Made by a program: the position numbers and the translations under genes
The notes under the pieces: generated by a model
Seen by the model: only the letters and a program-made list of their open reading frames with translations
Databases searched by the model: none
What the model was told of the DNA's origin: nothing
Part shown: piece after piece, positions 39,073 to 49,074 of the stretch
How positions within the stretch are numbered: position 1 is the first letter of the stretch
How the letters are laid out: each line of letters opens with the position of its first letter
Origin: Candidatus Thorarchaeota archaeon
Lineage (GTDB): Archaea; Asgardarchaeota; Thorarchaeia; Thorarchaeales; Thorarchaeaceae
Direction of reading: 5' to 3'
Length of the DNA stretch: 64,000 nucleotides
Assembly: GCA_048882325.1 (NCBI GenBank)
Contig: JBHLRS010000018.1
Location: 42-64,041, forward strand

Positions 39073-39459
39073 GTGAGTATGTTGATACAAGGCATGGATG
39101 TCATCTATTTACACGCTCGAGATGCAAAGAAAACTGGAAAGTGGTATGAGGAGGTCCTAGGACTCAAAGTGAAGTATAAGACATCTGATTCCAGCTGGTT
39201 GGAATTTGACTTTGAAAAGAGTCCATCGACCAGATTTGCAGTCGAAGCTGCTCCATCACCAGATGCATCATCTGTCAAACAACAAGGAATCATGATCTCA
39301 TTTAGAGTTGCGGATATCCACAAGGCGGTTGATAGACTTGAGAAGCTCGGTGTTGTTTTCCATGGAACTCCGAAGGTTAAGGAGGAAGGTGTTTCACGGT
39401 TCGTTACGTTTCAAGATCCTGAGGGCAACTGGCTTCAGCTCTCACAGAGAATCAAGTAA
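39073..39459 (+). CDS. VOC/glyoxalase family protein
   Basis: WYEEVLGL, FRVADI, FQDPEGN. Confidence 0.9.
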   Translation: MSMLIQGMDVIYLHARDAKKTGKWYEEVLGLKVKYKTSDSSWLEFDFEKSPSTRFAVEAAPSPDASSVKQQGIMISFRVADIHKAVDRLEKLGVVFHGTPKVKEEGVSRFVTFQDPEGNWLQLSQRIK

Positions 39460-39517
39460 AAAAGAGAGTGTTGATGGGCGCTACACCGTAGGCCCAATTC
39501 AACATGATATCTGTCAA

Positions 39518-39898
39518 CTAGAGTTTGAGTTCAAGTTCGCTCTTCCAGAGACCGTGGATGTTGCAATAAGATGTAGCCATCAGAGTGCCTGGTTTTTCGG
39601 TCTTGAAGACAAATTTAGCTACAGGTTCGCTATATATTCCACTTGTATCTGCTCCTTGAGCAGATTCACCATGTGTATCGAAGGTCGCATAGCCAATCTC
39701 CAAGGGGAACTTCTCCCCCTCTGGCCAAAAGAAGAGGTCCGCCCATTTGATGTGGTGGGCTGTGGTGTTTGGATGTGCAATCTCCTTGCCTACTGAAACC
39801 ATGACGTAGACCTTTCCATCCTCAATCTTCTTTACTTCAATCACAGGTACATGTTTTTCACTTTTCCAATCATCAGTCTGTATCCATTTTTTGGACAT
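39518..39898 (-). CDS. sor: Superoxide reductase (neelaredoxin, class II)
   Basis: EKHVP, HPNTTAHHI.W, YCNIHGLW. Confidence 0.95.
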   Translation of the reverse strand: MSKKWIQTDDWKSEKHVPVIEVKKIEDGKVYVMVSVGKEIAHPNTTAHHIKWADLFFWPEGEKFPLEIGYATFDTHGESAQGADTSGIYSEPVAKFVFKTEKPGTLMATSYCNIHGLWKSELELKL

Positions 39899-40081
39899 AG
39901 TTCCCTACCTCAATACTGTTAGTGTCACAGTTGAATTATTAGACTGCGCACACCAAGGTCTAAGGCCTTGTTTGTTAAAAAAGTGCGGTTAAGACCGTTA
40001 ACGATACGCATTAGTACAATACTACTCAGAGGCTCAAGGTTATATGCTTCTTCTTTTGCCGGTGAAGTATAGTCGACGTGG

Positions 40082-40681
40082 ATGGTTTCTAAAATGGAGT
40101 TGGAGTACTTTCGACCCACAGGAAGGAGCTCTGCAGTCAATATAGCTCTACTTGCCATAATGACTGCACTTGCTACAATAATGACTCTTGTAATCCAAAT
40201 ACCATATCCCGGCACAGGTGGATACTTCAACCTGGGTGACACTATGGTGATGTTAGGAGGTCTTCTTTTAGGTCCTATTGGAGGCTTTCTCTCAGGAGGA
40301 ATTGGATCTGCACTCGCAGATTTGGCTGGTGGTTATACATTTTATGCACCAATCACACTCTTTGTCAAGGGCTTTGAAGGAATGGCTGTTGGCTTCTTCA
40401 GCTTCGAAGTAAAAGAACATGTTCGGATGAGTAAGTGGGATTTTGTTGGAGTACTAGTTGGTGCAACCATAATGCTGACAGGGTACTTTCTTGCAGAAGC
40501 CCTCGCATTTGGAGTTGCCGTAGCGACAGTTGAGCTAGTGACTATTAACCTGCCACAGGTCACAATTGGTGGAGCAGTAGCCCTGATAATTGGACCATCA
40601 ATCAGATACTATCTTCGAACTATAGGTTCAGGTCAACTCATTCCTATGGAAGAGTCAATTGACGAAGCTGATGAAGTCTAG
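40082..40681 (+). CDS. ECF transporter S component
   Basis: GGYFNLGD, GIGSALAD, APITL.VKG.EG. Confidence 0.9.
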   Translation: MVSKMELEYFRPTGRSSAVNIALLAIMTALATIMTLVIQIPYPGTGGYFNLGDTMVMLGGLLLGPIGGFLSGGIGSALADLAGGYTFYAPITLFVKGFEGMAVGFFSFEVKEHVRMSKWDFVGVLVGATIMLTGYFLAEALAFGVAVATVELVTINLPQVTIGGAVALIIGPSIRYYLRTIGSGQLIPMEESIDEADEV

Positions 40682-40764
40682 AAGAAACTTTAGTCGGAAT
40701 CGTTTTTTAGGGTGTGACACTGTCGGACCATGTGGTCAATAGAACCTACTAGGATGGTCTTGAC

Positions 40765-42045
40765 ATGACTGAAAGGAAGAGGTTGAAAATTGATATTGCA
40801 AGACTGAATGAAATCAACGAGTTTCTTCTACGTGATGACAATCCACTAGTTATCGATCTTCTCAAAGTAATCGAGAAATATGGCGGTGTAGATGAGATTA
40901 ACAAGAAAGCAGAGGAGGCAAGAAAACTTGAGAATCTCATTTCACAACTTGAGGCAAAGAACTCCCCTTATGTGAAGGATCTCACATGGTTACAAGAGCA
41001 ACGCGATAATGAGGCCTTCATATCAGTACCTGATTATAGACAGAAAATTCTTGGTGACAAGGCTGCCAGTATGAAGTTTGATGATAGCTTTGCAGTCACT
41101 CTTGAGATAAGCGCTTGTCAGTACTTCCCGTGGCTTATCGAAGAAGCTAAACAATCAATTGAGAAACAGGAACTCATGCCGGGTAGATTCATCCGTGTTC
41201 GTAACATGGCAGAACAGACTGCTGACAATCAAGTCATCGCATTCGCCGCTGGGATGCAGATTGTTGGTTCCTCTTATGTTGAAACTCTTGACACTAAAGG
41301 AACCTATCCTGGACCAGATGGGGCACCTGCCAATATCCATCTTGGAGGACCTGATACAATAACAGGCTACTTTGGCGGTGTAGGTATGCCCAATGACTTT
41401 CCACTGAAATGGGCTGATGAGTACTTGAATTACTACACAAAATATGGAGTGAAACAGGTACTCAACATCAATCCCGGTAGTGTTCTAGTCGGGTACATGA
41501 TGTACAAACTCGGAATTGATATGGAATTCAAGATATCTGTCTTCATGGGAAATGACAATCCCTACGCTTGTCTGTGGACCCTGATGACAGCCAAGCTGTT
41601 CAGCAGAGATGATGGGACAAGTCCATTGATCGGGTTCAATCTCTCGAACAGTGTAGATAACACGACCCTCGAACTTGCAGCTTTCATCAGGGAAGACTTT
41701 GGATTCGAGGATGTGGTCAGATTGGAACACCATATCACTGAAACCTACAAGAGCATTGTTCGACAGCCCTATGATCGACTACCGGAACTTCTGGAAATCG
41801 CAGATCATGTCAAGAACATCAGTGCAAAGCATGAGGGTGGGATTCCAGATATTGATGCCAAACGTGACCATCCTAGCGACATTCTCGACTACTTCCGGGA
41901 GAAAAATGAGATTGAAGAGAAGGGTGAGATGCCTCTATTGACACAGAACTATCTCGACAAACATCATGCGTTGAACAGAACAGCAGAAGAACTCACGAAA
42001 CATGGTCTTTCATTTATTGCTGCACAAAACTTACACAAATCATAG
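40765..42045 (+). CDS. Soluble hypothetical protein
   Basis: 426-aa ORF with enzyme-like composition; no family recognised. Confidence 0.85.
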   Translation: MTERKRLKIDIARLNEINEFLLRDDNPLVIDLLKVIEKYGGVDEINKKAEEARKLENLISQLEAKNSPYVKDLTWLQEQRDNEAFISVPDYRQKILGDKAASMKFDDSFAVTLEISACQYFPWLIEEAKQSIEKQELMPGRFIRVRNMAEQTADNQVIAFAAGMQIVGSSYVETLDTKGTYPGPDGAPANIHLGGPDTITGYFGGVGMPNDFPLKWADEYLNYYTKYGVKQVLNINPGSVLVGYMMYKLGIDMEFKISVFMGNDNPYACLWTLMTAKLFSRDDGTSPLIGFNLSNSVDNTTLELAAFIREDFGFEDVVRLEHHITETYKSIVRQPYDRLPELLEIADHVKNISAKHEGGIPDIDAKRDHPSDILDYFREKNEIEEKGEMPLLTQNYLDKHHALNRTAEELTKHGLSFIAAQNLHKS

Positions 42046-42083
42046 AGTCAGAATGAAAATGAGAGGGTCTATACTTGACCCCC

Positions 42084-42551
42084 TTACATATCTGGCTGGA
42101 ATACATCATCATACATATTCTGTAGTCTGATCTTGTGAGCCTCTTCCTCCTTTGCGAGAGTTTCAAAGACAGATCTATGTGCAGCGTTACCTGTCAGCTC
42201 GGAAAGCGCCTTGTAGAAACTGTTTGCAGCAGCCTCTTTTTTGATTGCTACTATCAAAACATCCTGTGGTGATGACGAAGGTGCAAGAGGTACATCAACA
42301 AGGTATTGATTCAAATCCAACTTCTCCACCTCTGCTACTGTACTACAAATGAAAGTTTCACAAACACCGTCTGTCAAAGCTTTTTGCAGCTTCTCTTTGT
42401 GGATGACCTCCTGACTAGCAAGATCTTTCAGTAGTTTGGCAGACGATTTCAGCTCAGAATCTTCTGCAGCCTTCATGTAGAAATCATAAGCTTCCTCCTC
42501 CCTCTTGATAGCGAGGGAGACCAAATTCTCAAATGTCTGTTGAACCGACAA
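42084..42551 (-). CDS. Ferritin-like/rubrerythrin diiron protein
   Basis: AIKREEEA..FY...E..H repeated twice. Confidence 0.88.
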   Translation of the reverse strand: MSVQQTFENLVSLAIKREEEAYDFYMKAAEDSELKSSAKLLKDLASQEVIHKEKLQKALTDGVCETFICSTVAEVEKLDLNQYLVDVPLAPSSSPQDVLIVAIKKEAAANSFYKALSELTGNAAHRSVFETLAKEEEAHKIRLQNMYDDVFQPDM

Positions 42552-42662
42552 TAGCTATCCCCACTTCTCGCAGAAAGAAAGCTCGTATTAAGCTTGATGA
42601 TAGAGTGAGGAAAAAGAGGTAGGATACGCTAAGAAAATGCTTTCGAAGAGGAAATTTGCCTC

Positions 42663-43124
42663 TTGAAGGTGGGGTCGCTGATTTTGGAACGTAATAGTGG
42701 GAATTCACTGAATTGTGCTGAGAGTGTCCTTGTCAGAGTAAATCAGAAATCAACCTTGCCCGGATTCAATGAATCATGTATGCGTTTCGCATCAGTTATG
42801 GGAGGTGGGTTTGGTGGTGATGGCGAGCTCTGTGGGGCTGTAGGAGGAGGCGTTCTTTGCCTAGCACTGCTTACTGGGACAACAGGGGATGAACCCAATG
42901 ATGTTTTCAAACAGATGCGACAATCTGCAAGGGGGATCATCAGTGGCTTCATGAATGAGTTCTCTGAGAAATGGGGTACTGTTCAGTGCAAATGTCTTAG
43001 GGCAATGGACAAGGGCGAACTTCCCCCTGCTGGTCAGCTTCGTAAAGGCTCTCCAAGAAATCTATGTCATGAATACGTTATGTGGGCCTCTGAAAGGATA
43101 TCACGCATTAGAGAGAATCTCTAG
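42663..43124 (+). CDS. C-GCAxxG-C-C family putative redox protein
   Basis: NCAESV, GGG.G..GELCGAV.GG, C..L, C. Confidence 0.88.
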   Translation: MKVGSLILERNSGNSLNCAESVLVRVNQKSTLPGFNESCMRFASVMGGGFGGDGELCGAVGGGVLCLALLTGTTGDEPNDVFKQMRQSARGIISGFMNEFSEKWGTVQCKCLRAMDKGELPPAGQLRKGSPRNLCHEYVMWASERISRIRENL

Positions 43125-43137
43125 ACATAGTCCATGA

Positions 43138-44433
43138 TCACTTCTTGTGAGGAACGATTTCCTTCATCCCAGCTGGAAGGTACTTTTGAAGTGCCTTTGG
43201 AATCTCTACACTTCCATCCACTTTCTGATAGTTCTCAATGATTGCAACCATAGTCCGTGGATTTGCCATCATCGTGCTATTTAGTGTGTGAAGGTACGCC
43301 TTCTCAGTACCACCCTTCTTTAGACGGTACTTGATATTGAGCCTGGTCGCCTGATACGCTGTACAGTTGCTGCAAGAACCACCCTCTCGGTATTTCTGCT
43401 GTCCAGGAAACCAGAACTCGAGATCCAACTTCTTGGCGGCCACAATACCAATGTCCCCTGTGCACACGTTCACGACACGATAAGGGAGTTTCAGTGCCTG
43501 AACAAAGTCTTCTTCATTCTTGATGAGTTCTTCGTGAATACTCCATGACTCCTCAGGCAGGCTGAAGACAAACTGCTCAACCTTGTTAAACTGGTGTACT
43601 CTGAATATCCCTTTGGTGTCTTTTCCATGAGAACCCGCCTCCTTTCTAAAGCATGCACTAACCCCAGCGAGCTTCACCGGAAGGTCCGTTGGTTCAAATA
43701 TTTCTCCCATGTACATACCCGCCATCGGATGCTCTGAGGTTGCAATGAGATAGAGATCTTCTCCCTCAATCTTGTACATAACATCCTCAAAATCTGCGAG
43801 GTCGGTCACACCCTCATAGGGTTCGCGTCTCATCATGAATGGTGGATACAATGGAGTATATCCACGGTCCACTAGCATCTCAAGTGCCATCTGTTGCATG
43901 GCGATGTCAATCAAGACAAGTTCATTCTTCAGGTAGTAGAATCGTGCTCCCGAAAGCCGTGCAGCTCTGGGAATATCTCCCACATCTAGCGTTTCAAGCA
44001 AGTCTACATGACTGTGATACTCAAAGTCAAAATCTGGTCTGCCGCCCCATTCTTTCACAACCTCATTATCATCCTCATCAACACCATAAGGCACACTTTC
44101 ATGGAGAATGTTGGGGATGCTCATCTGAATACGTTTGAGGCGTTTTTCGAGTTCACTGGTTTCAGTTTCAACAGCTTTGATTTTATCATTCACAGCGTTG
44201 ACTTTTTTGACAAGTGCGGAATCATCCTTACCCGACTTTTTCAGATCGCCAACCTCTCTAGAAAGCTTGTTACGTTGTGTCCTGAGGTCTTGTATGTCCC
44301 TCTTCAAGGCTCGTACTTTCTCATCAAGCTGGAGTAACAAATCGAATTCCTTCATCTTGTCATCGTCCCGTCTTCGTTTCAAGTTATCACGAATCAGGTC
44401 GACGTTATCACGAATGAATCTGATATCTAACAT
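43138..44433 (-). CDS. serS: Serine--tRNA ligase
   Basis: MLDIRFIR, ATSEHP, FRKEAG...GIFRVHQF.KVEQF, SCSNC, HTLN. Confidence 0.97.
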   Translation of the reverse strand: MLDIRFIRDNVDLIRDNLKRRRDDDKMKEFDLLLQLDEKVRALKRDIQDLRTQRNKLSREVGDLKKSGKDDSALVKKVNAVNDKIKAVETETSELEKRLKRIQMSIPNILHESVPYGVDEDDNEVVKEWGGRPDFDFEYHSHVDLLETLDVGDIPRAARLSGARFYYLKNELVLIDIAMQQMALEMLVDRGYTPLYPPFMMRREPYEGVTDLADFEDVMYKIEGEDLYLIATSEHPMAGMYMGEIFEPTDLPVKLAGVSACFRKEAGSHGKDTKGIFRVHQFNKVEQFVFSLPEESWSIHEELIKNEEDFVQALKLPYRVVNVCTGDIGIVAAKKLDLEFWFPGQQKYREGGSCSNCTAYQATRLNIKYRLKKGGTEKAYLHTLNSTMMANPRTMVAIIENYQKVDGSVEIPKALQKYLPAGMKEIVPHKK

Positions 44434-44517
44434 AGGATGATATCACCTGTCAAGGTTTAGTAATCTGGAGTGAATTATGAGTCTAGATAAGTCGTTTCCT
44501 AGTCGTCGGCTGTATCT

Positions 44518-45156
44518 TCATCCACCCAATTCAGCGGATGGACATAGTTTATTTAGTGTACACTCGACACAGTTTGGCTTTCGTGCCTTGCACGTACGTC
44601 GACCATGAGCTCCAATAAGTCGGGCGTAGTCATTCCACATCTCCTTTGGTAGTAAATCCATCAGGTCCTTCTCAATCTTCTGCGGGTTCTTGTCATGTTC
44701 ACTAAGACCCAGGCGAAGGGTCACTCGCATGACGTGAGTGTCAACCACAATACCTTCACTCAAGCCAAACACAACCGAGAGAATCACATTCGCGGTCTTT
44801 CTACTGACACCAGGAAATTTGATCAGTTCTTCCATTTTGTTAGGGACCTGACTCCCATAGTTCTCAACCAGTAGCTTAGCTGTTTTTGTGATATACTCTG
44901 ATTTTTTGTTATAGGCTCCAAGTGGTCGGATGATGGGAGCAATTTCATCCAGTTTAGCTTTCGCCATCTTCTCAGGTGTTGGATACTTTCCAAAGAGAGT
45001 AGGAGACACTTTGTTCACACCTACATCTGTAGCACGTGCTGAGAGGATGGTTACAATGAGCATCTCGAATGGATTCTGATAATTCAGATAAGTCGGTGGT
45101 GCATCAGGGTAAGTCTTGTCTAGAATCTTGACTATTTTCACCGCTGTATTGCTCAT
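44518..45156 (-). CDS. nth: Endonuclease III
   Basis: HhH PGVSRKTAN, VDTHV.R, C-terminal CxxxxxxCxxCxxxxxC cluster. Confidence 0.95.
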   Translation of the reverse strand: MSNTAVKIVKILDKTYPDAPPTYLNYQNPFEMLIVTILSARATDVGVNKVSPTLFGKYPTPEKMAKAKLDEIAPIIRPLGAYNKKSEYITKTAKLLVENYGSQVPNKMEELIKFPGVSRKTANVILSVVFGLSEGIVVDTHVMRVTLRLGLSEHDKNPQKIEKDLMDLLPKEMWNDYARLIGAHGRRTCKARKPNCVECTLNKLCPSAELGG

Positions 45157-46742
45157 GTTATTGACGCTCCGTCATTTTCACTGCTACTGCTATTTACCGC
45201 GTTTCTAACAAGACCTTTTGTTCCAATCCAAGCAAGGATTATGAGATTAAGTAGGAGGACGATTAGGAATAGATGCCCTTGATAGAAATACTGGAATACC
45301 AAACCGCCAAAATATGGGCCAATTGAAGAAATCAGAAATACAATGAACCAAAATACACTGAGAATCTTGGCTGTGTCACGCCTTGGGAGATTCTTCTGGA
45401 TTATGGTGAGGAGCATCAAGTACCATACAGCGTCGTTGACCGACTTCAACACAATGGCAACAAATGGAGTTGAAAATATAGCTCCCAGTCCAGAAAATAG
45501 AAGATCCGCCTGGTCTATAACTGACATTGGGACCCAATATGGGAACATAGGTGCAATGAGCATAAGTATGGCACAAATTGGCATAATGCTGTAGACCAGC
45601 AGAGCTGTGTTCCTCTCTCCACGCCGATCTGACAACATACCCGTTCCCAACATCATAGGAACCGATACAAGGATGGTTATGATGGTCATCAGTATTAAGC
45701 CGGGCACCTGTATTCCAACTTGATTATAGATGTAGATGTATGCACCGAATCTGAAAAGGGCATCACTTAGGGAGTCCAAGACTACAATTGCTATCATACC
45801 CGGGACCGCCCCGAAAAGAAGCGCGACAGCTCTTCTGTTTTCTTGGATGAATGAACTGAACAGCGATACACCCTCTCTACTCGTTTCTGGAGCACTCCCC
45901 TCAAGGAGGACAGCTCTCACAATCGCTCCTATTACTAGAAATATCCCTCCAGTGAAGAACATAAGACGAAGTGCTGGACCAAAACCCAACACGGGAGTCA
46001 ACACCACAAAAACTCCAAGAGTGACAATTCCAAAAACTCTTCCAGCACTGAAAAGTGAAATCCCTAACCCACTGTGTTCCCTGGGGATATTATCCATAAT
46101 GAAGGCAGTCGACCCACCTTTGAACACATCCATTGTGGAGAAGAATAGAAGAGCAATGATGATCCAAGTAAATTCGACAGAGATACCCATAATCAGGTTA
46201 TACGCTGCCATCATAAACATGGCAACCACTGAGAGATATTTCCTGTTCGAAACATCTCCAACATAACCTCCAATTAGGCGTGAAATTGCTGAGATTGCAT
46301 TTGCTACAGCTATGACGAAACCAATCAGGATTAACTCCCACTCTAGTTCCTGCCAGAGATAGAGGTTGAAGAATGAACCCATGTAACTGAATGCAGTGAA
46401 CATCCACGAAGTAGCAAGGTATACAGAGTAGTTGCGCCACGAGAATATTGTTCTAAGTGAGTCTATCAGATTGAGACGTTTTTCCTCCTTCATTCCCTCG
46501 ATTCGTTTCTCAAGCTTTCCCAGTCTCTCTTTGATATCAGTGAGTCTTTCTTTCTCAGCTTCAATTTGTTCCTCTCTTGCAAGGAGGTCCCATTCCAGCT
46601 TGGAGGATTCATCACCCACGTCATTTTCGCTCCTTTCATCAGATTGTTGGATGAGCTTCACTATCCGCTTGTCTCCAAACTGGTTGAAATGTGTACTGCC
46701 GTTCCAATTGGGACCCGTCTGAGACTTTCTCAGATTCAACAT
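45153..46742 (-). CDS. MFS transporter with N-terminal soluble coiled-coil extension (true start may be downstream)
   Basis: About 12 TM helices, GGYVGD..NRK and GMLSDRRGER motif A variants. Confidence 0.85.
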   Translation of the reverse strand: MLNLRKSQTGPNWNGSTHFNQFGDKRIVKLIQQSDERSENDVGDESSKLEWDLLAREEQIEAEKERLTDIKERLGKLEKRIEGMKEEKRLNLIDSLRTIFSWRNYSVYLATSWMFTAFSYMGSFFNLYLWQELEWELILIGFVIAVANAISAISRLIGGYVGDVSNRKYLSVVAMFMMAAYNLIMGISVEFTWIIIALLFFSTMDVFKGGSTAFIMDNIPREHSGLGISLFSAGRVFGIVTLGVFVVLTPVLGFGPALRLMFFTGGIFLVIGAIVRAVLLEGSAPETSREGVSLFSSFIQENRRAVALLFGAVPGMIAIVVLDSLSDALFRFGAYIYIYNQVGIQVPGLILMTIITILVSVPMMLGTGMLSDRRGERNTALLVYSIMPICAILMLIAPMFPYWVPMSVIDQADLLFSGLGAIFSTPFVAIVLKSVNDAVWYLMLLTIIQKNLPRRDTAKILSVFWFIVFLISSIGPYFGGLVFQYFYQGHLFLIVLLLNLIILAWIGTKGLVRNAVNSSSSENDGASIT

Positions 46743-46885
46743 GAACGGCGTGAGAACAAGTAGGTGTACTGGCTGAGGCTATATAGATGCCTCACTTTTC
46801 ATACATACTGTACGTACTGTACTACACCGGGATTACTTCGTTCATCCCGGTTATACGCCGGGTCCATTGCATTTCACCGTGGCTA

Positions 46886-47137
46886 CTACCCGAACACTAG
46901 CACCTTGATGTTGCCGTCCGCAGTTGGGATGGCCATGATTTTCTGTGTGCCGATGTCCGCTGTAACCACAAGACTCTCAGGTGGAGCATTTGCACAAATC
47001 AGATTCCTGACTGCGAGCTCGAGGTTCACAGCAACGAGTCTAACAGTCTCTGAGTCAGTGAATGGGTCCACTTCACGTCCATTCTCGGGCGTGGAGATGT
47101 CTCCGAATATAGGTTCGATTTTGTGTGTTCGTATCAT
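46886..47137 (-). CDS. Small hypothetical protein (83 aa)
   Basis: GGAGG upstream; globular alpha/beta-looking sequence; downstream hairpins near 46845-46867 and 46773-46794. Confidence 0.7.
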   Translation of the reverse strand: MIRTHKIEPIFGDISTPENGREVDPFTDSETVRLVAVNLELAVRNLICANAPPESLVVTADIGTQKIMAIPTADGNIKVLVFG

Positions 47138-47970
47138 TTTTCCTTTTTCCTCCGATGCGTTTTACCGCAACTTTTCATTTTTATTACCAGGGCTCGATTC
47201 GATCGTCTCCGGGGTCTCTGTCCATTTTGTTTTTCTCTCCTCGAATACTTCATAGTTCTCTAATCTCTCTTAGGTCGGTCTTGGATTCTCTCCCGGAGCC
47301 AGAGGGGTGGTTCCGGAATCCAATTCTCCTTCGATGAAGATTCTCTCTTTGAACTCTCACACTGCAGAGAATGACAAGAATCCATACCAACCGTGCCAGC
47401 AACGATTCATCTCGACTGCCGCGCTCGCCTGTCTTCACCCGTGCTCTAGTCTATGAACTAGAACGGACTGGGATCTTCACATGGCGGTTGCACTACAGTA
47501 GAAATGCCGCGCACAACACCGATTGATAGCAACTCCAATGCTGCACGATTCTTAGTCATGCTCTCGTATAGAGTCCTCATACGGTCAGTGCTAATCGTCT
47601 TCACCTCCGTTGCTGGTTGTTGATATGGCGGATCCACTTGCTTGTCTTTGGCCACTGCGGCCTATCTTTCTCTCTTTCATAGAGTGCCGCCTACCTTAGA
47701 CTAACTAGAGAAATAGACTCATCTGACAATGTCAGAATTATCTATCTTCTGAGCTCAGTCTGCAGTGTGAATCCAAGGAAGACAACGGGAAACTGGTATA
47801 ATAAGGGAGCGTCGGACAAAGAACGACTTCTAGTAAGCCTCTTAGCGCTATTTTAGACATGTTTTACGTGATATGTAGAAAATACATCACAAATCATAGC
47901 ACGACTTTTACAAATCGGACTGGCGTCACATTCATAACTAAACATTTGGCCATAATACATAGGTATTCCC

Positions 47971-49068
47971 TTGACAACATCAAAGCTTCTGGGTCGTAGC
48001 GAATTGCGTTTGTTGAATAGACTAGCCATATCTCCATCCATGAGACAATCAACCCTTGCTCGTGAACTAGGTGTAACGAGGTCGGCTATAAACCAACTGT
48101 GGACGAAGCTCGAACGGGAAATTGGTTTGGAAATTCGAAGCAGTATTGATTATGGTCAATTTGGTCTTCGTCTGTTGTTTGGATGGGCACAAGCTTCAGG
48201 AATGTCTGATGTTCTTACAAAGTTCTCTCGATGGCTGAAATCAAACGCTTTAGTGACAAGACTCACACAATCAATTATGTCCTCAACCTTGGGAGAAATG
48301 GTTTATTTTGAGGCGATCATGCCTGCTGATGATCGATATTCTTGGTTTCAAAAACAAATAGACCGATTCAGGAAACGGCCCTACAGTCTTGATATCGAAC
48401 TCAACGAAGCACTGAGTATTTCACATCATTTGAACCTAGCTCTTTTCAATGGCAGAACCTGGTCATTTAGCAACGACTTTCGACTTCTAGCAACAATTGA
48501 TGCAGCAAAGGACTACGTTGATATACTTCCTGATGTAGGTACTGTGACACAGAGTAGAGGTGCCAATCTTACTGTTAATGACCTGATCATCGTCGCTGCA
48601 ATAGAATCTCAATATTTTGTGACTGCAACAGAATTGGCACAGAAATTCACAGATTTAGGCCGAAAGCCGGATGCAGGACGAACACTTCGAAGAAAGATTG
48701 CCAATATGAGAACAAATGCAACTCACCCTTATGTCACTCTTCGAAATATAGGACTTCCTCAGAAGCTCGTTGTCTGTATTAAAACAGAATCTGAAGAATC
48801 ACCTCTTTCACGCGTGCTTCACGCTCAAGCAAGCTCCTTTCCCAAAGCACGCGTCATATCTGGTTCTGTGCTGAGTGTGTTAGATCTTGAGGCTCCAAAC
48901 ACTGTTGATTGGTTAACCATGACTCAAATTCTTACGAATCTGGCAGGTAACACTTCAGAGATATGCACATTTATAGCAGACCGTAACGAGATTGAAACAG
49001 GACTTGAGAGTGTGGTGTCAACAATAGCATCACGTATGCCCTCTGGAGAAAATAGTTCTTGGCGTTGA
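47971..49068 (+). CDS. Tandem AsnC/Lrp-like wHTH regulator
   Basis: N-terminal HTH (QSTLARELGVTRSAINQ), second HTH (ATELAQKF...RTLRRKI). Confidence 0.75.
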   Translation: MTTSKLLGRSELRLLNRLAISPSMRQSTLARELGVTRSAINQLWTKLEREIGLEIRSSIDYGQFGLRLLFGWAQASGMSDVLTKFSRWLKSNALVTRLTQSIMSSTLGEMVYFEAIMPADDRYSWFQKQIDRFRKRPYSLDIELNEALSISHHLNLALFNGRTWSFSNDFRLLATIDAAKDYVDILPDVGTVTQSRGANLTVNDLIIVAAIESQYFVTATELAQKFTDLGRKPDAGRTLRRKIANMRTNATHPYVTLRNIGLPQKLVVCIKTESEESPLSRVLHAQASSFPKARVISGSVLSVLDLEAPNTVDWLTMTQILTNLAGNTSEICTFIADRNEIETGLESVVSTIASRMPSGENSSWR

Positions 49069-49074
49069 AAAGAA

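Noticed and set aside
46750-47960. RNase P RNA, SRP RNA or group II intron
   Set aside because: No GAGGAAAGUCC, SRP helix-8 or domain V consensus seen on either strand
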